Source: a virus (Duplodnaviria > Caudoviricetes). From it: a stretch of 25,968 nt of DNA. The stretch lies in IMG/VR virus record IMGVR_UViG_3300033076_000577, positions 1 through 25,968 of that record; one strand, written 5' to 3'. Position numbers and translations under genes: made by a program. This document shows positions 1 to 10,605 of this stretch, piece after piece (position 1 is the stretch's first letter; the number at the start of each line of letters is the position of its first letter). The notes beneath the pieces are model-generated. The model worked only from the letters and a program-made list of their open reading frames with translations, did not search any database and was not told where the DNA came from.

Positions 1-3000
1 TCAATATTCAACTCTTTTGTTGGAGAGAAGAATAAACCAACTCTATTGGAATCCGTTGGAGATTGGTCAAATGCTTTAGTAGTTGCTCTACTTTTATATG
101 ATAAATCGGAAACTAAAGTTTGTGATTCAAATCTAACTTTATTAGTTGAATATCTACTAGCACCCATATCAGGTATTTCTAAAGAAACACTTCTATCAAT
201 TGCTTCAAATTGGAATGGATACGATGTTATATTATCAAAACCACTTGCACTGGCATATAATGATGCCGAAACATTCAATGAATGTAATGCAATTAGTGAA
301 CCATTCTCATAATCGTTTCTACTATATCCATTTTCAAAATATACATTTGTATCTACATTTATTAATGAAGATGTTGCATTTAAATTTTTTGGATATTCAA
401 AATCTAAACGGAAATATAAATCATCGGTTGAAGATGAAATGCTATTACCATTAATCATTTCAGGAAATGAAACGTGTTCATTGAATCTATCAGTATCCAA
501 TACTTCAGACCATAAACGGAATTCATCTAAACTACCACTATACGTTGAACCTAATTTAATTTTAGAACCATTGTTCCAGTTGGTTGTTACTGATGCTGAT
601 AACGATTCTTCAAATAATGTTTTTTCTTTTTCGGATTGTTTTAAATCCAATTTTAATCCGTTAGAACCACTACTTATAGATATTCCAAAAAATCTTCCAT
701 TAAATATTGGTAATAATGAAGATGATATAGCTGTTGAACCTGCATAGTTAAATGCTACTTTACCATATTCGGTATTGGTTGAGCCACTTAATTGTAAACT
801 CCAATTACTACCGGATATTAATGTTTGGTAATTAGTATAATTGTTTGGCTTTACAAATAATTCAATCGTATTTGGTTTTCTATTTTTATTTGTATTTTTC
901 CAATCCAATTCGATTGAAGCACCATTATTAAATTTAACAGCACTTGTTATATTATCATAAACTAATTTACTTTTGTTTGTTTCACTTACTTCTGGTCCTC
1001 CAAATTCTAATATTGAAAGATTAGATGAAGGAATACCATAGCAAGATAACAATGCATAAATACCTCTTTTTGTACCTTTGTGTTTTAATAAATAAGGTAA
1101 ATTATTTGCAATTCTTCTCCATACTTCGGATGTTCTACTTTTTGCTGATTTTAAAGTTTTTTGATTACCATCAGAATCCAAACCAAAAGTATATTCCCAA
1201 AGCTTTGTATCTGATGCTAAATTTTTAGCATCCCAATTAAATGATTTTAATACATCAAATAATAGTTTATCCGAAATGTTTTTACTATTATATCCTAATC
1301 CTCTACTATTTTCAATAGCTTTTGCATGAAAGTATATATTATCAAAATGATGTCCAATCATTGATAAAAACAATAATAAACTTTCATTTTCAGTATTGTT
1401 TACAATGTATTGTGGAATATTATTTTGTACCCAATTTGAATTTTCAATATCATACTCTTCAGCTAATGTTATCAAATTGGAATACCAATTTACAACATTA
1501 TTGTTAGTAGATGTTAATCTAACTCCAGCGTTATATGGCCAAGTTATAGAACCACTATCCGATGTTGTATATACTGATGATGATGTATATAAGAAATTTT
1601 CAAATCCATCAAATCCGGATAATATTTCATTTTTCTTTATTAATTGTCTTTCTCTTTCTTGTACCGATGAGATTTTATCTTTACTATTTACATCAGAATT
1701 ACTAGCAGATATTGCCGTTTCGTATGTTTCAATTAATTGAACTTTATAAACAAAATTATCTACTCTCTCTTTAGCAGAACTAAAGTGTACAAAATTATCC
1801 CATAAATAATTAGAACCGCTAACATACTCTATATTTAAATCATCCATATTGATTATGGAAGAACTTAAATATGTTGTTACTAATTGAGTAGATGATGTAG
1901 AACCACTAAGAATTATATTATCTAAAGATTCAAAATTAGTAGATTGTCCTTTTACATAATCAATATCTAAACTAAAGTTAGGTCCTTTTATTGGAGGACA
2001 ATGCAATTCACTTTGTTCGCTTAGTACAATTGTTTCAATTAATGGATTAGCCATTAATTTTGTAATCCAAAATGTTGAATTAGTAGAAACGTTTGCAGGT
2101 AATGGTGAATATAATTTTAAAATTATAGAATCTACAACATTACCTAATGTAATATTACCTAAATTATCGGTTGTTTTTTCCGATAATGTCCATTCATCGT
2201 TTTCCCAAGTAGAAATTAATATTTGTTCGTTATTATCAAAGTTACCAAGGTGTGTTAAATATTTACTTTCTTTTTCAGGCTCAATAACTTGTAATGCATT
2301 TGCAAACGATTCAAACATTGCGGATGCAAATATATTTTCATCCAATTGTATAGATGGTATTAATAAATTCGTTTTTATTTCGTATTCATTACCAACTAAT
2401 TCTTCTGCACCACTTCTATTAAATGGTTTAAATATCAATGTAATATTATCGCTTCCAGCCCAATTTGAAAATCTATTTCTTAAATCTTTTAAATTTATAG
2501 AAATATTTCCATTTGGTGTTAAATTTTTAAATAAAGCAATTCTACTACCATCTTTTGCTTTTAAATCTACATCAATTGTAGATGATGCAAATGATACATA
2601 TTCGTATTTTAAATCTATATTAAAATCTGAAAATGATGGTATATCAATTGTATCTGTATATGATATTTCCGTAATTGATGGAAAATCGTTTACAGCTGTG
2701 AATGTAATTAAAGCTGTTACCGAATCACCTGTACCATATTGTTTTGATTCTGCTACTAAAACTATTTTTTTAGTACCATATACTTCTGAAAAATCTTTTT
2801 GGAAATATAATGTAACAAATCCATCTGTTGCTGGCACTAATAATGTATCAGCTTTACCATCTATATAAATTCTTACATTATCTGTATTGCTTGTTTTGAA
2901 TGGAATACTTACCGATTTTTCTAAATCAGAATCTTTTACTTGTAAACTATATTGAGTAGTATCTAAACTTATTATAGGTCTAGCTACATTTATTTCTTTC

Positions 3001-4073
3001 TCAAATAAAACTACAATAGAAATACCAGATTTAAGTTGTTCAGCCGGTAATGAAAATGCAGATGTTTGTGTATTCCATTTTGAAAAATCAATAGAATTTT
3101 GAGGAGCCTCTGCTAATTTAGCAGTATTTGTTGTTTGGTATATTTGAGTTAAACCATATTCTGCAGGTTTATTTACATATTCAATTTTAAAATCAACTCT
3201 ACCATTCAAAGCATTTTTATCAATAGTTCTGATAATATTACTTTGAGCTAAATTTAATTTTCCTTCATCCGAAATTGTACCATCATTAGCAAATATGGTA
3301 TAATTTAACACAACATTATTTGCTAACTCTTGTCTAAAGTTAGAAGAGAATGCAATTTCATATTCCAATGGAGCAGATGGTATTATAACATCTGTTGCTA
3401 TGTTTGGTGGTGCTATATCATTTTTAGCGATTGGAGATAAATCAAAATTTAATGTAATTGTTCCAAAATTAAATGTATTCGTATTACCAGGTTTATAACT
3501 TCCATCAGATTGCAAATCAAAATCTTGTATAGAAAGTATTTCAGAATATTTATAATCAACCGCAGTTACTGTTGGTCCTATATTATAGTTCCAATTAAAT
3601 ATATTAGAATTTTGATATTGATTTAATCCAAATGCATCCGATACATTATAGCTACCATTATTTACATAATTGTAATTAGTAGAATAATTAAAATCCGTAT
3701 TTTGATAAGTTTTTTTTACTGAAACTTCGTAATATCTAGTTGATTTATAGCCGGTCTTAATTACTTCATATCTTTTTGAAGTATTAAATGTAGATGCAGG
3801 AGAATAATCGATTGTAAGATTTGTACCAAATCCTTTAGATATACCATTTTCTACAAATTCAACTTCTCCTAAATTTGATATTAAATTTATTTTAATAATA
3901 TCATTTGTTATTTGATTTGTATATGATGGTGGTACAAATAATGGATTAGGAGTTACAGGAGGAGTGTATCCACCTCCACCACCTCCGCCAAAAGCAGTAT
4001 ATGCTCCACTTGTTCCATCATATGCACCCAATGTTGGTTCTCCACCAAAAATGTTATCTAAAGCTGCTATCAC
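1..4073 (-). CDS. Large virion/baseplate wedge protein (gp7/P2 gpI-like motif, probable LamG-like region), 3' end truncated by the window edge; >1350 aa
   Basis: Absent from the ORF track, presumably because it has no stop inside the window. GTG at 4073 reads MIAALDNIFGGEPTLGAYDG...; the same frame is open where spot-checked (~2400 KPFNRSGAEELVGNEY; ~1130-990 EVWRRIANNLPYLLKHKGTKRGIYALLSCYGIP...EFGGP; 3-74 AFDQSPTDSNRVGLFFSPTKELNI). The KGT..I..LL motif is typical of gp7/gpI-like wedge proteins; it lies in the baseplate cluster. Not every codon was checked. Confidence 0.75.
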   Translation of the reverse strand, partial: MIAALDNIFGGEPTLGAYDGTSGAYTAFGGGGGGGYTPPVTPNPLFVPPSYTNQITNDIIKINLISNLGEVEFVENGISKGFGTNLTIDYSPASTFNTSKRYEVIKTGYKSTRYYEVSVKKTYQNTDFNYSTNYNYVNNGSYNVSDAFGLNQYQNSNIFNWNYNIGPTVTAVDYKYSEILSIQDFDLQSDGSYKPGNTNTFNFGTITLNFDLSPIAKNDIAPPNIATDVIIPSAPLEYEIAFSSNFRQELANNVVLNYTIFANDGTISDEGKLNLAQSNIIRTIDKNALNGRVDFKIEYVNKPAEYGLTQIYQTTNTAKLAEAPQNSIDFSKWNTQTSAFSLPAEQLKSGISIVVLFEKEINVARPIISLDTTQYSLQVKDSDLEKSVSIPFKTSNTDNVRIYIDGKADTLLVPATDGFVTLYFQKDFSEVYGTKKIVLVAESKQYGTGDSVTALITFTAVNDFPSITEISYTDTIDIPSFSDFNIDLKYEYVSFASSTIDVDLKAKDGSRIALFKNLTPNGNISINLKDLRNRFSNWAGSDNITLIFKPFNRSGAEELVGNEYEIKTNLLIPSIQLDENIFASAMFESFANALQVIEPEKESKYLTHLGNFDNNEQILISTWENDEWTLSEKTTDNLGNITLGNVVDSIILKLYSPLPANVSTNSTFWITKLMANPLIETIVLSEQSELHCPPIKGPNFSLDIDYVKGQSTNFESLDNIILSGSTSSTQLVTTYLSSSIINMDDLNIEYVSGSNYLWDNFVHFSSAKERVDNFVYKVQLIETYETAISASNSDVNSKDKISSVQERERQLIKKNEILSGFDGFENFLYTSSSVYTTSDSGSITWPYNAGVRLTSTNNNVVNWYSNLITLAEEYDIENSNWVQNNIPQYIVNNTENESLLLFLSMIGHHFDNIYFHAKAIENSRGLGYNSKNISDKLLFDVLKSFNWDAKNLASDTKLWEYTFGLDSDGNQKTLKSAKSRTSEVWRRIANNLPYLLKHKGTKRGIYALLSCYGIPSSNLSILEFGGPEVSETNKSKLVYDNITSAVKFNNGASIELDWKNTNKNRKPNTIELFVKPNNYTNYQTLISGSNWSLQLSGSTNTEYGKVAFNYAGSTAISSSLLPIFNGRFFGISISSGSNGLKLDLKQSEKEKTLFEESLSASVTTNWNNGSKIKLGSTYSGSLDEFRLWSEVLDTDRFNEHVSFPEMINGNSISSSTDDLYFRLDFEYPKNLNATSSLINVDTNVYFENGYSRNDYENGSLIALHSLNVSASLYASASGFDNITSYPFQFEAIDRSVSLEIPDMGASRYSTNKVRFESQTLVSDLSYKSRATTKAFDQSPTDSNRVGLFFSPTKELNI

Positions 4074-4086
4074 TTTTTATTCTTTA

Positions 4087-4096
4087 TTATAAATAT
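4087..4096 (-). promoter_or_regulatory. Candidate phage late promoter (ATATTTATAA)
   Basis: Intergenic TATTTAT core ~15 nt upstream of the structural gene start; same core at 10585-10591 and 19770-19776. Confidence 0.45.
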
Positions 4097-4109
4097 CCTA
4101 TTGATAATT

Positions 4110-5381
4110 TTATGTATATTCTTCCTGACGTGGTCTGTATATTGGTTGATGTGTTCCGTTATATAGTCCTTCATCATATATAATAGGTTCATTGAAAGTA
4201 CGTCCACCTCCGCCGCCACCTCTTGGTACAGGTATTTCTTCTATTGGAGCTGGTGGTATTTCTTTAATTGGCTTTATTACTTCAATTGGTTTTGGTTCGA
4301 TTGCCTTAATAGGTTCGGGAATAAATTCAATTGGATTTGCAATTTCTTTTAAATTTACACCTTTAGCATCAATTGAAACGTTTTGTGGATTAAATACGTT
4401 TCTAACTTTTTCTTCTTTTATAGAAATATTTCCAACTAAATCTTCCACTTGCTTTTTAAGAGAAACTATTTCAAATTCTTTTGGTAAAGATTTTATAGTA
4501 ATATCTCTTCTTTTTAATGTTTTTGTATTATAATCTATACTATCTTTTAAAATAATTTGTATATCATTTAATAATCTTTGAAAATCATATTGTTCGCAAT
4601 CTTCAAATCTGATAACCGATGGTTTTCCATAATTAGAATTTGCTATGTTATATTCTCTATTACTTAACCAATATGTTACACTTCTTTTAAAATCCAAAAA
4701 TATTCTTTTTTTAAATTCATCAAAATTCGATAATCCAAAATCTTTACGCAATATAGATTGAAAATCTTTACCAAATTTATTAACCATTAAATTGGTTATT
4801 GAATCTAAATAATTTGATTCAAACGAATCCAATGCATTTAATATATTTTTTTTATAATATTTAAAATCTTTACTTAAATTGTTTATATTAGTAAATTCTT
4901 TATTAGTTATTTGATTAATATTATCATCTTTTGTTTTTAATGGCAATATTCTAATTTCGGTACGTGATGGAGAAATTTCATGTATCCAAACTTTAGTTAA
5001 TTCATTATCAGAACCAACTTTATTTCTAACAAAATTTATCTTAACTTTCAGAATTCCATTTGTGACTCCCAAATCATTGAGTAATTTCTCAATATCTATC
5101 GCAAGTTCTTTTTGTCCAGCATTATTTGTTATATTATATAGATAATTTTTAATATCTCCGGTCTTTACATAAGCTACATTTTTGCCAGATTTATGTGGAA
5201 GTAAATTATTATTTATATCATAAACAGATACTTCCATAACATCATGCTTACAATCGCCAAAATCGGTATCTTCTATTTGATTTTTGGTTACAATAAATAA
5301 ATCTTCCGATTGAAGAAATTGTCCTTCATTTTCAGAATTATTATTTATGTTATCTATATTTGTATATTTTTTAATGCTCAT
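4110..5381 (-). CDS. Putative virion structural protein with Pro-rich/Gly6 C-terminal tail
   Basis: 423-aa ORF in the baseplate cluster; EISPSRTEIR motif; tail PEPIKAIEPKPIEV...PVPRGGGGGG. Confidence 0.55.
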   Translation of the reverse strand: MSIKKYTNIDNINNNSENEGQFLQSEDLFIVTKNQIEDTDFGDCKHDVMEVSVYDINNNLLPHKSGKNVAYVKTGDIKNYLYNITNNAGQKELAIDIEKLLNDLGVTNGILKVKINFVRNKVGSDNELTKVWIHEISPSRTEIRILPLKTKDDNINQITNKEFTNINNLSKDFKYYKKNILNALDSFESNYLDSITNLMVNKFGKDFQSILRKDFGLSNFDEFKKRIFLDFKRSVTYWLSNREYNIANSNYGKPSVIRFEDCEQYDFQRLLNDIQIILKDSIDYNTKTLKRRDITIKSLPKEFEIVSLKKQVEDLVGNISIKEEKVRNVFNPQNVSIDAKGVNLKEIANPIEFIPEPIKAIEPKPIEVIKPIKEIPPAPIEEIPVPRGGGGGGRTFNEPIIYDEGLYNGTHQPIYRPRQEEYT

Positions 5382-5387
5382 AATCTA

Positions 5388-6527
5388 TTAGTATGAATCT
5401 GGGTGATATTTTCCAAAACCTGTTTCATAAGTTTTATCTTTTGTAGTTCCATCAGAACGAGTAATTGATACTTTCATAGAACCATCTTTATATTCAGCAG
5501 AGTGAGATTTACCATTGAACCATCCACCCTTTTTGCGAGAATCCAAATCACCAACTGCATCAAAATTTAGTGTAAATTCCATATCTTTACTTTCACCTGG
5601 ACTCATACTAAAACTTTTTTGTGGAATTTTATAAAATTCTCTATCTTTTGGATTTTTTACAGTTATTGTAACTGTAATTGGTTGTTTATCATTATTAGTT
5701 ATTGATAATTTTTTTCCATTTTTCCATTGATTGGCGCCGGTTGCACTAAATCTAGCCCATAATTTTGGTGCATTTGCATCTTCTTGTGGGTCTAATTTAA
5801 CTATTGCTACATCATTTATAACATCTGCACCAGCTGCCATAGCTTGTGCTTGAGTACCTTGTACGATTGCTTGCTGGTTCTGAACTGCTCCTAATTGAGA
5901 TTGTAAACCTTCAATAATTGAATTCAATGAATCAATTTGTTTGATTAACGCCTGAATTTGTGCTTTAAATCCTGTATTTTGAGATTGCAAAGATGCTCTA
6001 AGAATACCCTCTTCTACTGATTTTTGTAATGAGTTTTGTATTTGTAAAGCAAAATCATCAACAGTTTGTGTTAAAGTATTTAATTGGTTAACCAATGCAT
6101 CATTTGATTGTTCAATTGATAATCTATTATTTACTTCCGTTTCAACTTTAGCTTTTAAATCATTAATATTTGTATTTAATGTATCTACTTCTTTTGTTAA
6201 ATCGGAAACCTGCTTTCTTAAATCTTCATTAGTTGCAACCTCATCAGTATATAATGCTTTTGGAACTAAATCTAAATTTACTTTTGGTATATCAGGTTTA
6301 AGTTCTTTTATATTTAAATCAATAGCTTTCAATAATTCAGCTTCATCGTATTTAGGTTTATTTAATTCCTTAAATACTAACGATGATGCTATATTATCAT
6401 CTTTAACTATTGTAACACCATATTCATTTTTTGCAATAGCAGTTGAGCCGGAAATACTTAGTATCGATTCTAATTCCGATTTTCTTTTTTCTTCTAACTT
6501 ATTTGCGATTGCTTCTAATCCTGTCAT
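5388..6527 (-). CDS. Coiled-coil protein with C-terminal beta-rich (Ig-like) domain; putative structural
   Basis: 379 aa; long heptad Q/L/N-rich central helix; C-terminal ITNNDKQPITVTITV...SMSPGESKDMEF resembles an Ig-like fold. Confidence 0.5.
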   Translation of the reverse strand: MTGLEAIANKLEEKRKSELESILSISGSTAIAKNEYGVTIVKDDNIASSLVFKELNKPKYDEAELLKAIDLNIKELKPDIPKVNLDLVPKALYTDEVATNEDLRKQVSDLTKEVDTLNTNINDLKAKVETEVNNRLSIEQSNDALVNQLNTLTQTVDDFALQIQNSLQKSVEEGILRASLQSQNTGFKAQIQALIKQIDSLNSIIEGLQSQLGAVQNQQAIVQGTQAQAMAAGADVINDVAIVKLDPQEDANAPKLWARFSATGANQWKNGKKLSITNNDKQPITVTITVKNPKDREFYKIPQKSFSMSPGESKDMEFTLNFDAVGDLDSRKKGGWFNGKSHSAEYKDGSMKVSITRSDGTTKDKTYETGFGKYHPDSY

Positions 6528-6528
6528 T

Positions 6529-7593
6529 TTATACTATTTCAAAAATTAATTTATCATCTATTATGGTAGAAATACCATCTTCAACTATTTTAATTTTTAA
6601 TTTATAAGTTCTATTAATTGGTAATGTATTTAAGCTCAAATTAAAGTAATTGGATGTAGAATCACAACTTACTTTAGTATAATTTCCAAATGGGTATATT
6701 ATTTCTCCCGTTTTATAATCTTCTAATTGATAATATGTAGTAGATGGTAAATATTTCACTTGGTCATATTCAAATGTAGTTCCAAACGATTTTAAAGGAA
6801 AAGCATCTCTACCTTTAACTCTTATTTTTATAGTTTCATTTGCAGGATATTTGTTTTTTAAATTAGTTAAAACTACTTTATAACCATCTTCCGCTGAACC
6901 GGTTGTTGGTGTCAAACTTGCTGTTACAAATGATACATCATTCCAAACTACTTCTAATTTTGGTTCATATATTGTGTTTGTTTCTTTTGAAAAGAATTTT
7001 AATACACCATAATCGGTTGTATCGGATTCGGCATCTAAACTATGATGTAATATAAATCCATTATTTGGTATGGAACTACTTAACCATAAATTTACAATGT
7101 TAGTAACATTCATTCTAATATCCGCATCTTCATAGCTGTAAGATTGAGATGTTGAACCACTTAAATACCATACACCACCTTCAGCGTTTGCAGAACCTGT
7201 TGTATTTGAAGTATAAACTGCCGTTCCTCCTGTTGTATCATATGAAACCCATTTATTACTTCCATTTCTATATTTCCAACTAACTCCATCGGATGTTATA
7301 TTATCAAATTTAGTTCCAGTCCCCATTGTCCAACTTTGAGAAACCGCATTTGCATAAATTGTATATTCTAATGGAATCTCTTCGGCTCTTGCAGACTTTA
7401 AATTTAAATATACAGATGAACCACTTGGAATTCCCATAGTAGTTACATCAAATTTAATTAAAGTTCTAGCAATATCTTTTGTAGAACCATAGTATAGTTT
7501 ACCAACCTCTAATATCTCATCTCTACCTGCGTTTTGTTCAGGTTGTTGTAGGTAGATACTGGCATCGTATGATGATGTGAAAAATTTATGCAT
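6529..7593 (-). CDS. DNRLRE/disaggregatase-related-domain virion protein
   Basis: DASIY...QNAG.DEILEVG...RTLIKFD, W..GTG, NNGFIL, F.SKE...PKLEV pattern typical of DNRLRE-like domains; directly downstream of the gp6-like gene. Confidence 0.6.
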   Translation of the reverse strand: MHKFFTSSYDASIYLQQPEQNAGRDEILEVGKLYYGSTKDIARTLIKFDVTTMGIPSGSSVYLNLKSARAEEIPLEYTIYANAVSQSWTMGTGTKFDNITSDGVSWKYRNGSNKWVSYDTTGGTAVYTSNTTGSANAEGGVWYLSGSTSQSYSYEDADIRMNVTNIVNLWLSSSIPNNGFILHHSLDAESDTTDYGVLKFFSKETNTIYEPKLEVVWNDVSFVTASLTPTTGSAEDGYKVVLTNLKNKYPANETIKIRVKGRDAFPLKSFGTTFEYDQVKYLPSTTYYQLEDYKTGEIIYPFGNYTKVSCDSTSNYFNLSLNTLPINRTYKLKIKIVEDGISTIIDDKLIFEIV

Positions 7594-7594
7594 A

Positions 7595-9625
7595 TTATAA
7601 AGCTCTTCCTTTTATATCTTTGTTAGGGTATTTTACTTCGAAGATGCAAGGGTCTAAAGATGGATAAACTATCTTACCTTTAGTTGCTTCATCTATATTG
7701 TATCTATTGGGTGAATAGTTTTGATTACTATCACTTCTACAAATATTTGAAATTTTAACCGATGGTACACTCATTACACCTTCAACATTTGCTAATATCA
7801 ATTCTATTTCTGAAATGTTTATTGGTTTATTGAATGTCCAATTATCTATTTCAAAATAATTTTGAATTTCCGTTAAGCAATTTGCAACAACTTCTCTTTT
7901 GTTATAATTTGAATAACATATTATTTCAAAATCAACACCAATATTAACAATAAATCCATCAATTATATTAACAGCATCAGTCATCATTCTATATTCACCT
8001 AAATAGGTTTTAAGATTTTGTTTAACTGCTTGGTTTATTTGAGTTAATTTTTTATTAGAATCATACCCCAATACATACATATTAATTGCAAATGGGTTAT
8101 TAACTTCGGCAATAGCTGTTTTCTTTTGCGTAAGATATTTAACTAACTCTTTTTGAATATCTTGTTTAGATTTATCTTTCAACCCATCTACCAATCCAAC
8201 AAACTCTGCTATATTTTGAGGAGATGCTAATATTGATGCAGGAGAATTATTATCTACTTCTCCATCGGGGCTTACATAAACTTTTGCAACACTACCATAT
8301 CTTTCTGGCATAGATAAAGCTCTTACCATATAATCTTGTTTGGTTACAGCTCTATTTTGAGAACCAAACATTGCTAACGCATTTTGTCTAATTTCTTCGA
8401 TAGTTTCTGCACCTCTACCACCAATAGCTGCTTCCAAATTTTCAACTGCAACAGTACCTTTTGCCGCATTGTATGCATTTAATTCGGTATCACTATTGAA
8501 TGAAAGTAAATCTTCTTCAAATTCAATTTTACGAATAGAAATTAAATCACCTTGATTAACATTCGATGCTATACCACCTCCAACTAAATAATTTACAGTT
8601 AAAGTTTTATTTACAGGAACTACTCCAAATGTATTTGTTTTTAAAAAATTTGATGGGTCAATTCCTTTATTTAATCTACTAATAGAATTTGCTAATCCTA
8701 ATCCTACATTTTTTGGATTTGGTAAAATAGTTTCATCATTTAACGAATTATCTCCACTACCAAATTGTAAAGTTATTGTATTATCTGAATTTACTTTTGT
8801 AGAAAATCTATATGGTACTTTTTGCACTTCCAAAATATATGGAACATCTGTAGATAAATTTGATAAATTACCAGTATTGGATTGCTTATTTGGTTGTTCA
8901 ACAAATATACTTTCCTGTGCTAAATATGGAACTTCATACCACTTAGTATTCCCATTATCAGATGTTACTGAAGTTATTTCAATTATATCCGTATCGTTTA
9001 AATCTGCGGTAGGATATTCTTCGTATGAACCAAAATTTATTGTAGTAGATACTTCTCTTGCGGAAATAGCCTTTACTTTTTTTGTTATCAAATATTGCAA
9101 TGGAACTCCATTTGCATCTCTCTCATACACATCAATTTCTCTATCAGTATCATTTGCAAAATCCACAGCATCTATTGTTCTAAATACAATCGTATTATTT
9201 GTAGATGATTCAATTTCCATACCATCTTTTATTTTAAGATAATATGAATCATTTGGTTCATAATTAGGAGCTCCTTTAGATGGTACTAATTGATAAACCG
9301 TTATAGTTGTTATTGCCGGAGATGTTACTTTTGGAGTATATCCCATAGATTGAGCCAATGCTAAAACGTTTTTACGTTCGGTAGCATGTGCTAACATTGA
9401 TTCTTTTAATTGTGTATCTTGATAAAATGATAAAACATCACCTAAAGCGGCAGCTTGTTCTATAAACACCATACCAGGAGATGCTTCATTAAAATCCGAA
9501 TATGTATTTGGGAAATACGTTTTGGTATAATCAATAAGATTTTGTTTGAAAGAATCAAAATCTTTACCCAAATAATTTAAACTTCGTTTAGTACCAAATG
9601 TTTTTTTAATAGGATTTATTGCCAT
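7595..9625 (-). CDS. Baseplate wedge subunit (T4 gp6 / baseplate J-like)
   Basis: KDFDSFKQNLIDY...YSDFNEASPG, LAQSMGY, LQFGSG, GG.GAETIEEIR, QNRAVTKQDY motifs; follows gp25. Confidence 0.9.
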   Translation of the reverse strand: MAINPIKKTFGTKRSLNYLGKDFDSFKQNLIDYTKTYFPNTYSDFNEASPGMVFIEQAAALGDVLSFYQDTQLKESMLAHATERKNVLALAQSMGYTPKVTSPAITTITVYQLVPSKGAPNYEPNDSYYLKIKDGMEIESSTNNTIVFRTIDAVDFANDTDREIDVYERDANGVPLQYLITKKVKAISAREVSTTINFGSYEEYPTADLNDTDIIEITSVTSDNGNTKWYEVPYLAQESIFVEQPNKQSNTGNLSNLSTDVPYILEVQKVPYRFSTKVNSDNTITLQFGSGDNSLNDETILPNPKNVGLGLANSISRLNKGIDPSNFLKTNTFGVVPVNKTLTVNYLVGGGIASNVNQGDLISIRKIEFEEDLLSFNSDTELNAYNAAKGTVAVENLEAAIGGRGAETIEEIRQNALAMFGSQNRAVTKQDYMVRALSMPERYGSVAKVYVSPDGEVDNNSPASILASPQNIAEFVGLVDGLKDKSKQDIQKELVKYLTQKKTAIAEVNNPFAINMYVLGYDSNKKLTQINQAVKQNLKTYLGEYRMMTDAVNIIDGFIVNIGVDFEIICYSNYNKREVVANCLTEIQNYFEIDNWTFNKPINISEIELILANVEGVMSVPSVKISNICRSDSNQNYSPNRYNIDEATKGKIVYPSLDPCIFEVKYPNKDIKGRAL

Positions 9626-9626
9626 T

Positions 9627-10058
9627 TTATTTTTCTACATTTATTTGTATTGTTTCTGATAATGATGGATTAGACACTAATGAAAATTTTATATCCAATG
9701 CTACTCTATTAGTATCTATATCATTTTCATCATAATCAAATATTATTTCATTTATATTCAAATATGGCAACCATATAGAAACGGCATTTATTATAGAATT
9801 TTCAATAGATACTTCTATATTATCAATAGGTTCAAACAAAACTTTCCATATATCACAACCAAAATCAGGTTGCATTAATCTTTCTCCTTTTTTTGTAAGA
9901 ATCAGATTAATTAAATTACTTTTTGCTTGACTTAGTGTTGTAAAATTTGTAGAAAATATACCATTAGAATTAGACGTTGTGTTTATACCAATACCTAATA
10001 CTTTGTATTCGTTTTCCGTTAAATCTACTACATTTACTTTACCAAGCTCTATTGCCAT
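9627..10058 (-). CDS. Baseplate wedge / sheath initiator (gp25/GPW family)
   Basis: NLINLILTKKGERLMQPDFG..I...LFEP and WLPY signature; 143 aa. Confidence 0.92.
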   Translation of the reverse strand: MAIELGKVNVVDLTENEYKVLGIGINTTSNSNGIFSTNFTTLSQAKSNLINLILTKKGERLMQPDFGCDIWKVLFEPIDNIEVSIENSIINAVSIWLPYLNINEIIFDYDENDIDTNRVALDIKFSLVSNPSLSETIQINVEK

Positions 10059-10561
10059 TATTTAAATCTCTTTACTAATTCCGAATAATCTCTTGTCAAT
10101 GCTTTTATCGTAGCATCTTGTAATCCATCGCCGGTTGATTCAAATTGTTGTGGAATATTTTGAGGAGCTTCTATTCCTCTAAAATCCATAGTATCCCAAT
10201 CTTCTTCAACACTCATTTGTGGTTGTAACATATCTAACACACTACTTACTGCCTGAGCTCCTTCTTTTCTTTGCTCAGCAGTAAATGGAGTTGTCATATT
10301 AAGAATCTCATTAATCATTGGGTCTTTTGAAAATTCCTTTTTGATTTGAGGTCTTTGTTGTTGTACAATAGGTTGTTGCTTTCTAATATTCGTAGGAGCA
10401 ACTTCTGTCATCTCTCTCAATGATGGAGTAGATGTTTTCTTTTGTGAGTTTAATGTAACCGCACCAGATTTAATTAATTTAGCTAATTCTTCTTTAACTT
10501 GTTGCTTTACTTCGCTTTTAACAACTTCTTTAATTAAACCTACTAATAATTTTGAATCCAT
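10058..10561 (-). CDS. Hypothetical protein, probably virion-associated
   Basis: 167-aa ORF coupled to gp25 by a TAATG overlap; preceded by the candidate late motif. Confidence 0.55.
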   Translation of the reverse strand: MDSKLLVGLIKEVVKSEVKQQVKEELAKLIKSGAVTLNSQKKTSTPSLREMTEVAPTNIRKQQPIVQQQRPQIKKEFSKDPMINEILNMTTPFTAEQRKEGAQAVSSVLDMLQPQMSVEEDWDTMDFRGIEAPQNIPQQFESTGDGLQDATIKALTRDYSELVKRFK

Positions 10562-10582
10562 AATAATTGCGTATATGTTTAG

Positions 10583-10592
10583 TAATAAATAT
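10583..10592 (-). promoter_or_regulatory. Candidate phage late promoter (ATATTTATTA)
   Basis: Intergenic TATTTAT core ~23 nt upstream of the operon leading to gp25/gp6. Confidence 0.45.
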
Positions 10593-10605
10593 AAAAAGAT
10601 TAAAT

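Noticed and set aside
4074-4112. Read-through fusion of the 423-aa gene with the in-frame giant ORF
   Set aside because: Same frame, but TAA at 4112-4110 is followed by an in-frame TAG at 4100-4098, and the gap holds a candidate promoter
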